Notes under the pieces: model-generated
What the model saw: only the letters and a program-made list of their open reading frames with translations
What the model was told of the DNA's origin: nothing
Databases searched by the model: none
Shown: positions 10,081 to 19,768 of the stretch, piece by piece
Numbering within the stretch: position 1 is the first letter of the stretch
Layout of the letters: each line of letters begins with the position of its first letter
Translations under genes and position numbers: made by a program
Origin: a bacterium
GTDB taxonomy: Bacteria; RBG-13-61-14; DATKZS01
Assembly (NCBI GenBank): GCA_963674965.2
Contig: CAXXFL010000007.1
Location: forward strand, 160,001 to 224,000
Length of the DNA: 64,000 nt
Direction of reading: 5' to 3'

Positions 10081-11922
10081 ATGAAGACTGCCATCATAGG
10101 GGGCGGGAGGGGCTGCCGGGACATACTCGAGCTGGCGCTGGAGGGCAGGCTGAAGACCATCAGCCTGAACGTGCTTTGCGTGGTCGACCCCTCCCCCGAG
10201 GCTCCCGGCGCCGTCTACGCCCGAGGCCACAACATCACGACCTTGTCGGAGATGGAGCCGGCCATCCGCCTCCCGGGTCTCGACCTGATCCTCGAGGTCA
10301 CGGGCCGCGACGACATCCTGGAAAGGATATATCAACTGGTCCCCCCCGGGGTCAGGGTCATGGACCACATGCTCGCCCGCGTCTTCTGGGACGTCGAGCA
10401 GGCCGAGCACAGGTTGCGGGACCAGCTTCGGAAGAGCCTCGAGCTCGAGTGGCAGATCGAGCGAGACCGGCGCGAGCTGCAGGAGATACTCGACGCCATG
10501 CCCGACGTGGTGATGGTGATCAACAAGGACCGTCGTATCGATCGGGTCAACGCCCGGTTCGAGCAGATGACGGGCATCGGCCGGGAGGAGGCCCACGGCA
10601 TGCTCTGCAAGGAGGCCTTCTGCGGCAGTGGCGACTTCCAGCGCTGCCGGGAGGGCAACCTGTGCAGCTTCGACGAGGTCCTGGCCAAGGACGGCCCGGT
10701 GGTGTCGATTCATTTGGGGGGCCGCCGCGACGGCGACGAGAGCTACTCCGAGGTGACGGCCAACCCTATCCGGGACGGCGAGGGAGAGGTAATCCAGATA
10801 GTCGAGACCTTCCGCCCCATCACCGAGCAGGTCCTCCTCAAGCGGGAGACGGAGGAAAGCGAGCGCCGCTTCCGCCAGTTCCTGGACGCCACTCACGACG
10901 TCATCGTGATGAAGGACATGGCGGGCCGCTACCTTTACATCAACCAGCGCGCTGCCGAGATGGCGGGCAGGCAGCCCGAGGACTTCGAGGGCCGCACTGA
11001 CTTCGAGCTGCTTCCGGGCAAGATAGCGCGGAGGATGCTCGAGCGGGACCGGGAGGCCATGGAGGAAAAGCGGCACGTGGCCAGGGAGGAGAAGCTGGTC
11101 ATCGGGGGCCGGGAGTATTACCTGGAGACGGTCCGGTTCCCCCTTTATGACTACAAGGGAGACGTGATCGGGGTCTCGAGCATCTCCCGCGATATCACGG
11201 AGCAAAAGCAGCTTCAGAGCGAGCTGCTACAGTCCGAGCGCCTGGCGGCGGTGGGCAAGCTGGCGGCGGGGGTGGCCCACGAGATCAACAATCCGCTGAC
11301 GGGCATCCTGACCTTCGCCGAGAGCCTCCTGCTGGAGGCGGAGGAGGACGACCCGGCCCGTGAGGACTACGAGGTCATCATCAGGGAGACCATGCGCTGC
11401 CGCCGCATAGTAAGGGACCTTCTCGACTACGCCCGCCTGGAAAAGCCCAAGCGGGAATTAAGCGATTTAAACCGCCTGGTCGAGCGGTCCGTTTCCATGG
11501 TCGAGAAACAGGCCGACTTTCACGACGTCAAAATCGAGCGGGATTTTCTCATCGCCCTTCCCGAGGTGAGCGTGGACCCGAACCAGATTCAGCAGGTCAT
11601 ACTCAACCTTGTGATCAACGCCAAGGACGCCATGAAAAAAGTGGGGACCATATCGCTCAAGACCGGGGTGGACGAGTCGGGCAACAAGGTCACCCTCGAG
11701 ATATCGGACGACGGTCCGGGCATTCCCCCCCGCGACAGGAAAAGGATTTTCGAGCCCTTCTACACGACCAAGGGGGCGGAGGGAAACGGTTTGGGCCTTC
11801 CCGTTGTCCTTAATATCATCGAGCAGCACGGCGGCAAGGTCTCGGTGGATGAATCCGAGATGGGTGGCGCCTTGTTTAGAATAACTCTGCCGTCGGCCAA
11901 GGCGGCTCAGCCGGAGGAATAA
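10081..11922 (+). CDS. Cytoplasmic sensor histidine kinase (Rossmann-like N-domain, 2 PAS, HisKA, HATPase)
   Basis: KTAIIGGGRG N-terminus; two PAS/PAC regions; AHEINNPL H-box; NLVINA, DDGPG and GLGL boxes; no TM segment. Confidence 0.92.
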   Translation: MKTAIIGGGRGCRDILELALEGRLKTISLNVLCVVDPSPEAPGAVYARGHNITTLSEMEPAIRLPGLDLILEVTGRDDILERIYQLVPPGVRVMDHMLARVFWDVEQAEHRLRDQLRKSLELEWQIERDRRELQEILDAMPDVVMVINKDRRIDRVNARFEQMTGIGREEAHGMLCKEAFCGSGDFQRCREGNLCSFDEVLAKDGPVVSIHLGGRRDGDESYSEVTANPIRDGEGEVIQIVETFRPITEQVLLKRETEESERRFRQFLDATHDVIVMKDMAGRYLYINQRAAEMAGRQPEDFEGRTDFELLPGKIARRMLERDREAMEEKRHVAREEKLVIGGREYYLETVRFPLYDYKGDVIGVSSISRDITEQKQLQSELLQSERLAAVGKLAAGVAHEINNPLTGILTFAESLLLEAEEDDPAREDYEVIIRETMRCRRIVRDLLDYARLEKPKRELSDLNRLVERSVSMVEKQADFHDVKIERDFLIALPEVSVDPNQIQQVILNLVINAKDAMKKVGTISLKTGVDESGNKVTLEISDDGPGIPPRDRKRIFEPFYTTKGAEGNGLGLPVVLNIIEQHGGKVSVDESEMGGALFRITLPSAKAAQPEE

Positions 11923-11923
11923 A

Positions 11924-12691
11924 ATGACCGACCGGATAAAAATACTGGTGGTGGACGACGAGGAAATCGTGCTGGCCAGCGTTAGCAGGATACTCAAAAG
12001 AGAGGGGCACGAGGTCGAGGGGGTGCTCACGGCCCACGAGGGCATCGAGAAGGCCAGGACGGGTGAGTATTCGCTCGTCATCACCGACCTCATGATGCCG
12101 GAGATGAACGGCATCGAGATGATGCACGCCCTGCGCACGGACGGCCTTGACGTTCCCTTTTTAATGGTGACGGGATACCCGACCATCAGGACGGCCATGC
12201 AGGCCCTGAGGCTGGGAGCCATCGACTATATCCCCAAACCCTTTACGCGGGTCGAGCTGTTAGGACCGGTCAACCGGGCCCTTCGGCGCAGGGAGGTCAA
12301 GGACGTGGGCGAGGAGGGGGCCTCCGGCGCGGCGGCCAAGACGGTGACGCCCGGAGACCGCTTCGTGCTACCCGAGCACAGTTGGGCCATCTACGACCAG
12401 GACGGGACGGTGGCCATAGGCGTCGAGGGGTCCTTTCTCCGGTCCATCGGGTCGGTCGAGAAAATCGAGGCCCCGGGCATGAACGAGATGATCGAGCAGG
12501 GATATCCCACCATCAGGCTTCACGCCGACGACGGCCATTCCCACGGGGTGTTCGCCCCCTTCTCCGGGCGCGTCACGGCCGTGAACGACGGCGTGGCCGA
12601 TTCTCCGGAACGTCTTTCCTCCACCGAATGGGTCATCAGGGTAATCCCCTCGAACCTGAAGGCGGAGACGGCCATGCTGGTGAAGGTCTAA
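11924..12691 (+). CDS. Response regulator: receiver domain fused to a glycine-cleavage-H-like domain
   Basis: ILVVDDE, TDLMMPEMNG, TGY, KPF; C-terminal HSWA...VAIGV...VFAPFSGRVTAVN...WVIRV matches the GcvH pattern. Confidence 0.85.
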   Translation: MTDRIKILVVDDEEIVLASVSRILKREGHEVEGVLTAHEGIEKARTGEYSLVITDLMMPEMNGIEMMHALRTDGLDVPFLMVTGYPTIRTAMQALRLGAIDYIPKPFTRVELLGPVNRALRRREVKDVGEEGASGAAAKTVTPGDRFVLPEHSWAIYDQDGTVAIGVEGSFLRSIGSVEKIEAPGMNEMIEQGYPTIRLHADDGHSHGVFAPFSGRVTAVNDGVADSPERLSSTEWVIRVIPSNLKAETAMLVKV

Positions 12692-12736
12692 GGGCTTTCT
12701 TGATTCGCGCCGCGACGGGGGGCACAATAAGACCCC

Positions 12737-13690
12737 ATGTCTGACGTTGCTCTATTCGTTCTGGCTTTCCTGGGCGGCCTGGCCGTTCTGTCGCTCGGGG
12801 CGGAGTGGCTGCTGAGGGGCTCCCGGGACCTGGCCCTGCGGATGGGGGTCAGTCCCATCGTGGTGGGCCTGACGGTGGTGGCCTTCGGCACGAGCGCCCC
12901 GGAGCTGGTCGTCTCCATAATCGCCGCCATCCAGGACTCACCCGACGTGGCCGTGGCCAACGTGGTGGGATCGAACATAGCCAACGTGGGACTTATAATC
13001 GGTCTCACCGCCATTATCCTGCCTCTTCCGTCGGACCGGTCTTTCCTTAAGATGGACATGCCTCTTCTGGCCGCGGCCATGGCGCTACTATTTTTTATCT
13101 CTATGGACGGGGTGCTCTCGAGACTTGACGGAGCGATATTGCTCGCCGGCCTTTTCGGTTTCATAGCGATCACCTATATGACTTCGCACAAAAGGGAGAA
13201 GGAGGAGGACAAGGAAGAGGAGGACAAGCCGTCCGGTGGGTGGGGCGGTTCGACCTTCCGGACCGCGGCGGGCCTGATTTGTCTCTCGGCCGGGGCCAGG
13301 GCGATGGTCTGGGGGGCCGTGGGCATAGCGGACAAGGCGGGGATATCCCAGGTGGTAATAGGAGCGACCATCGTGGCGGTGGGAACGAGTCTTCCCGAGC
13401 TGGCCACGTCTCTGATAGCGGTCATCAGGAAGCAACCCGACATCGGCCTGGGCAACGTGATCGGATCGAACGTCTTCAACATTTGCTCCATATTGGGCAT
13501 CGCGCCGATTATCAAGCCCCTTCCCATTCACTCGAGCATCCTTTACGCCCAGTATCCCATCATGATCGCCTTTGCGGCCCTTTTAGCCATTATGCTGGCC
13601 AAAAAAAGAAACCAGATCACCAGGCTGGAAGGGGGAATTCTTTTCGCGGCCTACGTCGCCTTCATGGTCTGGGCCTTCGCGGCTGGTTAA
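12737..13690 (+). CDS. Calcium/sodium antiporter (CaCA, YrbG-like)
   Basis: Two alpha repeats, GTSAPE and GTSLPE, each followed by GSN; about 10 TM helices. Confidence 0.93.
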   Translation: MSDVALFVLAFLGGLAVLSLGAEWLLRGSRDLALRMGVSPIVVGLTVVAFGTSAPELVVSIIAAIQDSPDVAVANVVGSNIANVGLIIGLTAIILPLPSDRSFLKMDMPLLAAAMALLFFISMDGVLSRLDGAILLAGLFGFIAITYMTSHKREKEEDKEEEDKPSGGWGGSTFRTAAGLICLSAGARAMVWGAVGIADKAGISQVVIGATIVAVGTSLPELATSLIAVIRKQPDIGLGNVIGSNVFNICSILGIAPIIKPLPIHSSILYAQYPIMIAFAALLAIMLAKKRNQITRLEGGILFAAYVAFMVWAFAAG

Positions 13691-13705
13691 AGGTTGGGAT
13701 TGTAG

Positions 13706-14290
13706 ATGCGAGTAACGTCCGCCGAGTTTATCAAGAGCGCCTCCGACTCCTCGGGCTATCCCGAGGAGGGCCTTCCCGAGGCGGCCTTCGCCGGAAGGTC
13801 CAACGTGGGAAAAAGCTCGCTCATCAACAAGCTGGTCAGCCGTAAAAAACTGGCCAAGACCAGCTCGACCCCCGGCCACACCCGGCTCGTAAACTTTTTC
13901 CGCGTGAACGATAAAGTGGTCCTGGCCGACCTTCCCGGCTACGGCTACGCCAAGGCCTCGATAAAGGAAAGGGAGCGCTGGAAAAGGATGGTCGAGGAAT
14001 ACCTCGTCAACCGGCGCGAGCTGAAGGCCGTGGTTATCATCGTGGACATTCGCAGGGCGCCGGGTCAGGAGGAAAAGGACCTGGTAGCCTTTCTGACGGG
14101 AGAGGGCATAACGCCCGTCCTGGTGGCGACCAAGGCGGACAAGCTGGGCAAGACCAGGCGGCTAAAGCCGCTCCGGGAAATTTCCGAGGCCTCGGGCGTT
14201 CCCCTCTCGGCGATAGTGACCTTTTCCGCCAGGACCGGTGAAGGCAGGGACGAGCTCTGGGCCCGGCTACGGAACATACTGGACTTTTAG
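13706..14290 (+). CDS. engB: Ribosome biogenesis GTP-binding protein YihA/YsxC
   Basis: GRSNVGKSS, TPGHT, DLPGYGYA, TKADK. Confidence 0.96.
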   Translation: MRVTSAEFIKSASDSSGYPEEGLPEAAFAGRSNVGKSSLINKLVSRKKLAKTSSTPGHTRLVNFFRVNDKVVLADLPGYGYAKASIKERERWKRMVEEYLVNRRELKAVVIIVDIRRAPGQEEKDLVAFLTGEGITPVLVATKADKLGKTRRLKPLREISEASGVPLSAIVTFSARTGEGRDELWARLRNILDF

Positions 14291-14299
14291 GTCACCGGC

Positions 14300-14328
14300 T
14301 TGTGATCGGGAACGGGCCAAAGTACAAT
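14300..14328 (+). promoter_or_regulatory. Sigma70-type promoter upstream of rsmD
   Basis: TTGTGA-N17-TACAAT. Confidence 0.55.
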
Positions 14329-14351
14329 GGGATTTTGGGCCGAGGAGTCGC

Positions 14352-14915
14352 ATGCGAGTTATTGCCGGATCGCTCAAGGGCAGAAAGCTGATGATGAAAA
14401 AGGGCGCCATACGTCCCACCTCGGACAAGGTGCGCTCGGCCATCTTCAACATTCTGCCCCGCGACTTGTCGGAGGCGGTGGTCCTGGACCTTTTCGCCGG
14501 CACCGGCGCCATGGGCATCGAGGCCATCTCGAGGGGGGCGCTGAGGGCGGTCTTCGTGGACTCGGGCCGGGACTCGGCCAGGCTTCTGGCAAGGAACATC
14601 GAGGAAACGGGAGTGACGGAAAGGGCCCGGGTCATTCACCGGAACGCCGCCGGCGCCTTGAAGCTTCTTCGCGGCTACGGCGAGCGCTTCGATCTCGTTT
14701 TCATCGACCCGCCCTACGGGGGCGGCGAGGCGGAAAAAGTCATGAACCTTATCGGTGAGCCGGGCCTCTTAAACAATGGGGCCGTGGTGGTGGTCGAGCA
14801 CGACGCGAGCTCCGAGACCGCGTCCGGCTACGGAACGCTCGAGCTTACCGACAGGAGAAAATACGGGCGCACGGCGGCCTCGTTTTACGAGATCAAGGAG
14901 GCGTGGGCAAAATGA
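14352..14915 (+). CDS. rsmD: 16S rRNA (guanine966-N2)-methyltransferase
   Basis: MRVIAGSLKGRKL, RPTSDKVR, LDLFAGTG, FIDPPY; SD GAGGAG. Confidence 0.95.
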   Translation: MRVIAGSLKGRKLMMKKGAIRPTSDKVRSAIFNILPRDLSEAVVLDLFAGTGAMGIEAISRGALRAVFVDSGRDSARLLARNIEETGVTERARVIHRNAAGALKLLRGYGERFDLVFIDPPYGGGEAEKVMNLIGEPGLLNNGAVVVVEHDASSETASGYGTLELTDRRKYGRTAASFYEIKEAWAK

Positions 14916-15511
14916 AGGGAAAAATATTTTTCATCGCGGCCCTCATGGCCATGGCCGCCGTCACGCCGCCGATCTCGCGCTCCGGGGCCGCGTCCTATCC
15001 CGAGGTCGAGCTCGCGCAGGCCGCCTACAGGCGGGACCCGTCGGATACCTCAAGATACCTGGGGGAGATACACTCGGACGATCAAAAGGGTTACTCGATT
15101 CGGCCCCCGGCCCAGTGGTACAAGGTGGTAAAAGGGAGTCGTTTCGACGTCAAGTTTTCCTCCCAGGAATATGACGCCTTCATTATGGTCAACCACGTGG
15201 ACGCGGAAGGGGAGATAAAAATCGACCGCGAGTTTTCCAAGTTCATCAAGGAAAAAAACCAGGCGGTCAAGGAAAGGGTCCCCAGCATGCGCGTCCTGTC
15301 CGATTTCCCCGGCAAGATCGGGGGAGTAAAGGGATGGAGAACGGAAATGGTCTTCCAGGCCGGTTCCAACCGCATACTCATGAACGTCTACTACGTCCCC
15401 CACAAAAACCGCCTTTGGATCATCACGACCATGTGTCCCGAGCTAAACGCCTCCAGGAAATGGGTGGGCGTCATTAGCGCGTCGGTCGATACCTTCCGGG
15501 CCATGAACTGA
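14912..15511 (+). CDS. Exported hypothetical protein, possibly PsbP/DcrB-like fold
   Basis: Signal peptide; GYSIRPPAQW start and SVDTFR end resemble PsbP-like proteins; ATG overlaps the rsmD stop. Confidence 0.6.
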   Translation: MKGKIFFIAALMAMAAVTPPISRSGAASYPEVELAQAAYRRDPSDTSRYLGEIHSDDQKGYSIRPPAQWYKVVKGSRFDVKFSSQEYDAFIMVNHVDAEGEIKIDREFSKFIKEKNQAVKERVPSMRVLSDFPGKIGGVKGWRTEMVFQAGSNRILMNVYYVPHKNRLWIITTMCPELNASRKWVGVISASVDTFRAMN

Positions 15512-15530
15512 AGGGAGAGCCAACCGGCAA

Positions 15531-16988
15531 ATGGCGCGAGTCGTCTTCATCCAGACCGAGTGGTTCGAGCACCTGGGCATACTCTCGCTGGCGGCCTCGG
15601 TAAGGGCCGCCGGACACGACGTAAAGATAGTGGTCGGCCGGTCGCCCAAAAAAGTCGTTCCCCTCGTCATGGAGGCCCATCCAGACGTGGCGGCCTTCAG
15701 CGCCACCACGGGCTCCCATAAGGTCTCGCTCCATATCGCCTCCGCTCTTCGTCCCTATTTCAAGGGATCGATCATCATGGGAGGGCCGCACCCGACCTTT
15801 TTTCCCGAGGTCATTAACGACCCCGCCCTTGACGCCATCTGCCGGGGCGAGGCCGACCTGGCCCTGGTGAATTTCCTGGACAACCTGGAGGCGGGACAAG
15901 ACCTGACCGGGGTCAGGGGCTTCTGGGTCAAGTCGGGAAACGAGGTGGCAAGGAACGCGGCCGCGGCCCCGGTGGCCGACCTTGACTCGCTTCCCTTTCC
16001 CGCCCGTGACCTGCTCGTCGATTCCGACCCCTGGTTCGGCCGCTTCTCGATGAGGCGGGTCATAACCGGAAGGGGATGCCCCCACGAGTGCACCTATTGC
16101 TTCAACCGGGCCATGCGCGAGCTGGTCAAGGGGTCGGGACCATACGTCCGGACCAGGAGCGTGGACCACGTTATCGCCGAACTCAAGGCCATCGGGGCTG
16201 GACGAAAAGGCGGCAACAAGGAAGCCCCGCCCATGACCATCAACTTCGTGGACGACAGCTTCGGGTTGAACAAGAGATGGGCGCTCGAGCTGCTGGCAAG
16301 GTACGGCGAGGAGATACGGCTTCCCTTCATCGTGAACCTGAGGCCCGAGCAGGCCGGCCTCGAGATGGTCAAGGCCCTGGCCGACGCGGGCTGCTACTGC
16401 GTTCAACTGGGGGTCGAAAGCTCTTGCGCCGAGACCAGGCGCAAGGTCCTGGGCCGGGAGGTAACGGACGAGACCCTCGAGTCGGCCGTCCGGGGGGTCA
16501 AGTCCATGGGCCTCAAGCTTCTGACTTACAACATCGTGGGCCTGCCGGACGAGAGGCTGGAGGACGCGGCCGAGACCCTCGAGTGGAACGCCCGGATGGG
16601 CGTCGACTTTCCCCGCGTTTCCATTTTTCAGCCCTATCCGCGGACCGTGCTTGGCGACATGGTCCTGTCCCGACTCGCCGCCGAAAACGGAGGGAAAGTA
16701 CCCAACGGATCGGCCGCCGACCTCGTCAGAGAGAACTATTTCAGGCGCTCTCCGCTGGGAGGTCCCGAGTCGAGAAGGATCGAGAACCTGCACAAGCTTT
16801 ACTATCCTTACATAAAGCTACCCGCCTTAAGGGGGCTAATATTAAAACTCTCGGGCGCTCCTTCCAACGTCCTTTTCGACTTCCTTTTCCTGGCGGCCAT
16901 CGGGGCCCAGTACAAAGAGGCCGCCAACCTGGGCGCGCGGGAAACCATCTCGCTTGGCCTTAAGAACTTGAAGGCCTACTTTGCATAA
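15531..16988 (+). CDS. B12-binding-domain radical SAM protein
   Basis: N-terminal IMGGPHPT and GEAD B12-binding motifs; GRGCPHECTYC CxxxCxxC; GVES. Confidence 0.92.
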   Translation: MARVVFIQTEWFEHLGILSLAASVRAAGHDVKIVVGRSPKKVVPLVMEAHPDVAAFSATTGSHKVSLHIASALRPYFKGSIIMGGPHPTFFPEVINDPALDAICRGEADLALVNFLDNLEAGQDLTGVRGFWVKSGNEVARNAAAAPVADLDSLPFPARDLLVDSDPWFGRFSMRRVITGRGCPHECTYCFNRAMRELVKGSGPYVRTRSVDHVIAELKAIGAGRKGGNKEAPPMTINFVDDSFGLNKRWALELLARYGEEIRLPFIVNLRPEQAGLEMVKALADAGCYCVQLGVESSCAETRRKVLGREVTDETLESAVRGVKSMGLKLLTYNIVGLPDERLEDAAETLEWNARMGVDFPRVSIFQPYPRTVLGDMVLSRLAAENGGKVPNGSAADLVRENYFRRSPLGGPESRRIENLHKLYYPYIKLPALRGLILKLSGAPSNVLFDFLFLAAIGAQYKEAANLGARETISLGLKNLKAYFA

Positions 16989-17111
16989 TCCCGGCGCCGC
17001 CCGTTTTCGATGAAAGCGCCGGCCCCTTCGAAATCGGTTTTCTTATTTTGCCTTATTGTATAATTCTAGTATGATTGATGCCACAGCGCGGAAACGCGGC
17101 GGGAGGCTTAC

Positions 17112-18170
17112 ATGAAAGTATCCGATCTTGACCTTACGCGCATGCTGAGTTTCCAGCCGGACAAGGGCCTCATCCTTTTCGGCGGCGATCGCATGCTCCT
17201 TTTCCGGGAAGAGGCTTTCCGCGAGCTTCGAAAGCTCGTCTTCTCCCAACTGGGATCGGAACTGGCCCGGGGCATCCTGACCCAGTTCGGTTATCGTTGC
17301 GGGAAGGGCGACTACCATACCCTGACCTCGAACTACGAATGGGACACCGAGGGCGACAAGGCCGCCTGCGGAGCGGCCCTTCATTCGTGGGAAGGCATCG
17401 TCAAGGCCGAGGGGACCTTCATCGAGTTCGACCGCGCGAGCCTTCATTACCACAGGAAGGGAAAGTGGACCAATTCCTACGAGGCCGACGTCCATATCCA
17501 GGAGTTCGGATTCAGCGACGAGCCCGTTTGCCACACCCTGACCGGATACGCCAGCGGCTGGGCCTCCTCCTTCGTGGGCGCCGATTGCGTGGCCATCGAG
17601 ACCATGTGCGCCGGAATGGGGGCGGACCACTGCGAGTTCGAGATCAGACGCTCCCACGCCTGGGGACCCGAGGCCGACCCTTGGAAGAGGGCCCTTACCG
17701 CCGACCAGGCCTCTATCCACAAGGAGTTGGAGGAAAAGCTGGCCATCATCGAGCGACAGAAGGAAGCCATCCACAAGCTCTCGACGCCCATCCTCGAGAT
17801 GGGGGACGGCGTGATCGTAGCCCCTATTATCGGGATCGTGGACTCGATGAGAAGCCGGGAGATCATGGACAACCTGCTCGCCCATATCGTGTCCAAGCAG
17901 TCGGACAGGGTCATCATCGACGTCACCGGGGTCGAGTACGTGGACACCAGCACGGCCAATTACTTCCTCAAGATAGTCGAGGCCGCCGGCCTGCTGGGGG
18001 CCAGGTGCGTGGTCTCGGGAATCAGCCCCTCCATCGCCCAGGTGATGACCGAGATAGGGATCGACTTGAAAGGCGTCGTTACCGCCCGCTCTCTTAAAGA
18101 CGCGCTCAGCCTCCACGGAATCCAGGCCAGTCGCTCCCGCAAGAAAAGGGACAAGGAGATCATCCTCTAA
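17112..18170 (+). CDS. XylR-N/V4R sensor domain fused to an RsbR-like STAS domain
   Basis: G-x-I-x-F-GGDRMLL, GYRCG, NSYEA, CHTLTGYASG, ETMC...CEF (XylR/V4R); LSTPIL, IIGIVDS, IIDVTGVEYVDT, SGISPSIAQ (STAS). Confidence 0.88.
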   Translation: MKVSDLDLTRMLSFQPDKGLILFGGDRMLLFREEAFRELRKLVFSQLGSELARGILTQFGYRCGKGDYHTLTSNYEWDTEGDKAACGAALHSWEGIVKAEGTFIEFDRASLHYHRKGKWTNSYEADVHIQEFGFSDEPVCHTLTGYASGWASSFVGADCVAIETMCAGMGADHCEFEIRRSHAWGPEADPWKRALTADQASIHKELEEKLAIIERQKEAIHKLSTPILEMGDGVIVAPIIGIVDSMRSREIMDNLLAHIVSKQSDRVIIDVTGVEYVDTSTANYFLKIVEAAGLLGARCVVSGISPSIAQVMTEIGIDLKGVVTARSLKDALSLHGIQASRSRKKRDKEIIL

Positions 18171-18335
18171 GGCCGGCCAGGTCCCCGGCGCCTCGAATTT
18201 TGCGCGACGTTCTTGCCATGGCTTTAACTTCGGAGCCTGCCCCCCTTGGTTTGTCTTGTATTAGCGGTTAGAGCGGCTATCATAGAACCATCGTTTTAAA
18301 ATATTTTAAACCGGCCCATATAAGGAGGAAATTTA

Positions 18336-19007
18336 ATGAAAAGGAAAGCGGCCCTGGCGTTTTTCGCGGTATTTTGCGCGGCGGCCCTGATAGGGGCCTC
18401 GCCGTCGGGCGTCAATTTCAGCGGTACCTGGCAGACGCAGTGGGGCAAGCTCATATTAAACCAGTCGGGAGACAGGGTGACGGGAACTTACTCCTACGTC
18501 GGCGGCAACGGCCAGGCGATTAACGGGTCCATCGAGGGAAAGGTTAAAAAGGACCGGCTCGACTTCAAGTGGGCCCAGACCCCCACCTACTCGACGCCAA
18601 GCGACGCGGGCGACGGCTACTTCATCATCGCCACCGACGGCAAAAAAATCGACGGCAAATGGCGCTACGGCTACAGCGGGGAGTGGAAAGGCGACTGGAA
18701 CGGCACGCTCTTGTCCATCGCCCCCAAGGACTTCAGCGGAAGCTGGAACACCGAATGGGGAGTACTTACAATCAGACAAAACGGCGAGAGCGTCACCGGC
18801 GAGTATACCCACAAGGCGGGCAAGATCGAGGGCACCGTTAGCGGCGACCGGCTGAACTTCTTCTGGGCCCAGTCCCCCAGCTACTCGACTCCCAGCGACG
18901 CGGGCGACGGCTACTTTATCATCTCCACCGACGGAAAAAAGCTAAACGGAAAATGGCGTTACGGATACAGCGGAGAATGGCAAGGAGACTGGAGCGGCTC
19001 AAAATAA
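18336..19007 (+). CDS. Secreted protein with two tandem ~95-aa Trp/Gly-rich beta domains
   Basis: Signal peptide; SD AAGGAGG; duplicated FSGxWxTxWG...WAQxPxYSTPSDAGDGYFII...GKWRYGYSGEWxGDW. Confidence 0.8.
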   Translation: MKRKAALAFFAVFCAAALIGASPSGVNFSGTWQTQWGKLILNQSGDRVTGTYSYVGGNGQAINGSIEGKVKKDRLDFKWAQTPTYSTPSDAGDGYFIIATDGKKIDGKWRYGYSGEWKGDWNGTLLSIAPKDFSGSWNTEWGVLTIRQNGESVTGEYTHKAGKIEGTVSGDRLNFFWAQSPSYSTPSDAGDGYFIISTDGKKLNGKWRYGYSGEWQGDWSGSK

Positions 19008-19135
19008 AAGCACGGCGACTCTAATACAAGTTATCCTCCCGGCCCGGCGGTGAATGGACCTTCAGCCCAAGCGCGCTCAGTTTCCCGTCGGGGCGGGAAA
19101 ATATTTTTCCGCGTAAAAAGGTCCCTTCGTTCCGC

Positions 19136-19633
19136 TCAGTCCAGCTTTAAAATTTTACCCTCGATTGATTCCACCTCTATCTTTATTATTCCCAGGGTCC
19201 TCGGTCCCTCGATCTCGTCGGGCCCGCAGTATCCGGGGTTGATAAAAAGGATATCTCTTATCCGCTCGCAAACGGCGAAGTGGGTGTGGCCGAAAACCAT
19301 GACCTGAGGCGCAAACCCTTTATCCGCCATCAAGTTGGCGATGAGATGCTTATGCTGGTCCCAGGATATGGTTATCATGCGGTGGGTCAAAAAGAACTGG
19401 ACGCCGAAAATAACGGCGGCCCCCGGGTCTTTGAGCAGCCGGTCCTGGATATCCGGCTCATTGTCGTAATTTCCCTTGACTATGGTAAGGGGAGCTATTT
19501 TTTCCAGGCGCTCGATCACCTTGATACCGCCCACGTCTCCGGCGTGGACAATGTGCTCGACGTTCGCGAAAAGCGTTTCCACTTGGGGATGGATGTATCC
19601 GTGAGTGTCGGAGATAACGCCTATTCTGGTCAT
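19136..19633 (-). CDS. Metallophosphoesterase (YfcE/MJ0936 family)
   Basis: ISDTHG, HAGD, GNYD, FGHTH, FINPG. Confidence 0.93.
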   Translation of the reverse strand: MTRIGVISDTHGYIHPQVETLFANVEHIVHAGDVGGIKVIERLEKIAPLTIVKGNYDNEPDIQDRLLKDPGAAVIFGVQFFLTHRMITISWDQHKHLIANLMADKGFAPQVMVFGHTHFAVCERIRDILFINPGYCGPDEIEGPRTLGIIKIEVESIEGKILKLD

Positions 19634-19696
19634 AGCGGCCTTTCTGACGGGTCAGGTAAAAAGGTAAAGGGCTGATTTTTCCGCGCTCATTACAAT

Positions 19697-19768
19697 AAAA
19701 AGCGCCGGATACCGCGCACAGGGAACACGGCCATCCGGCTCCTCGCAACGACAGGTGGGAATTGCGAG
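19697..19768 (-). ncRNA. Candidate small RNA or attenuator: two hairpins followed by a U-tract
   Basis: Minus strand promoter TTGAAC-N17-TAGCCT (19776-19804), then hairpins CTCGCAA...TTGCGAG and GCCGGAT...ATCCGGC, then TTTTT. Confidence 0.4.

Noticed and set aside
18570-18997. Diversity-generating retroelement TR/VR pair
   Set aside because: Differences are not adenine-specific, many are synonymous, and there is no reverse transcriptase in the window.
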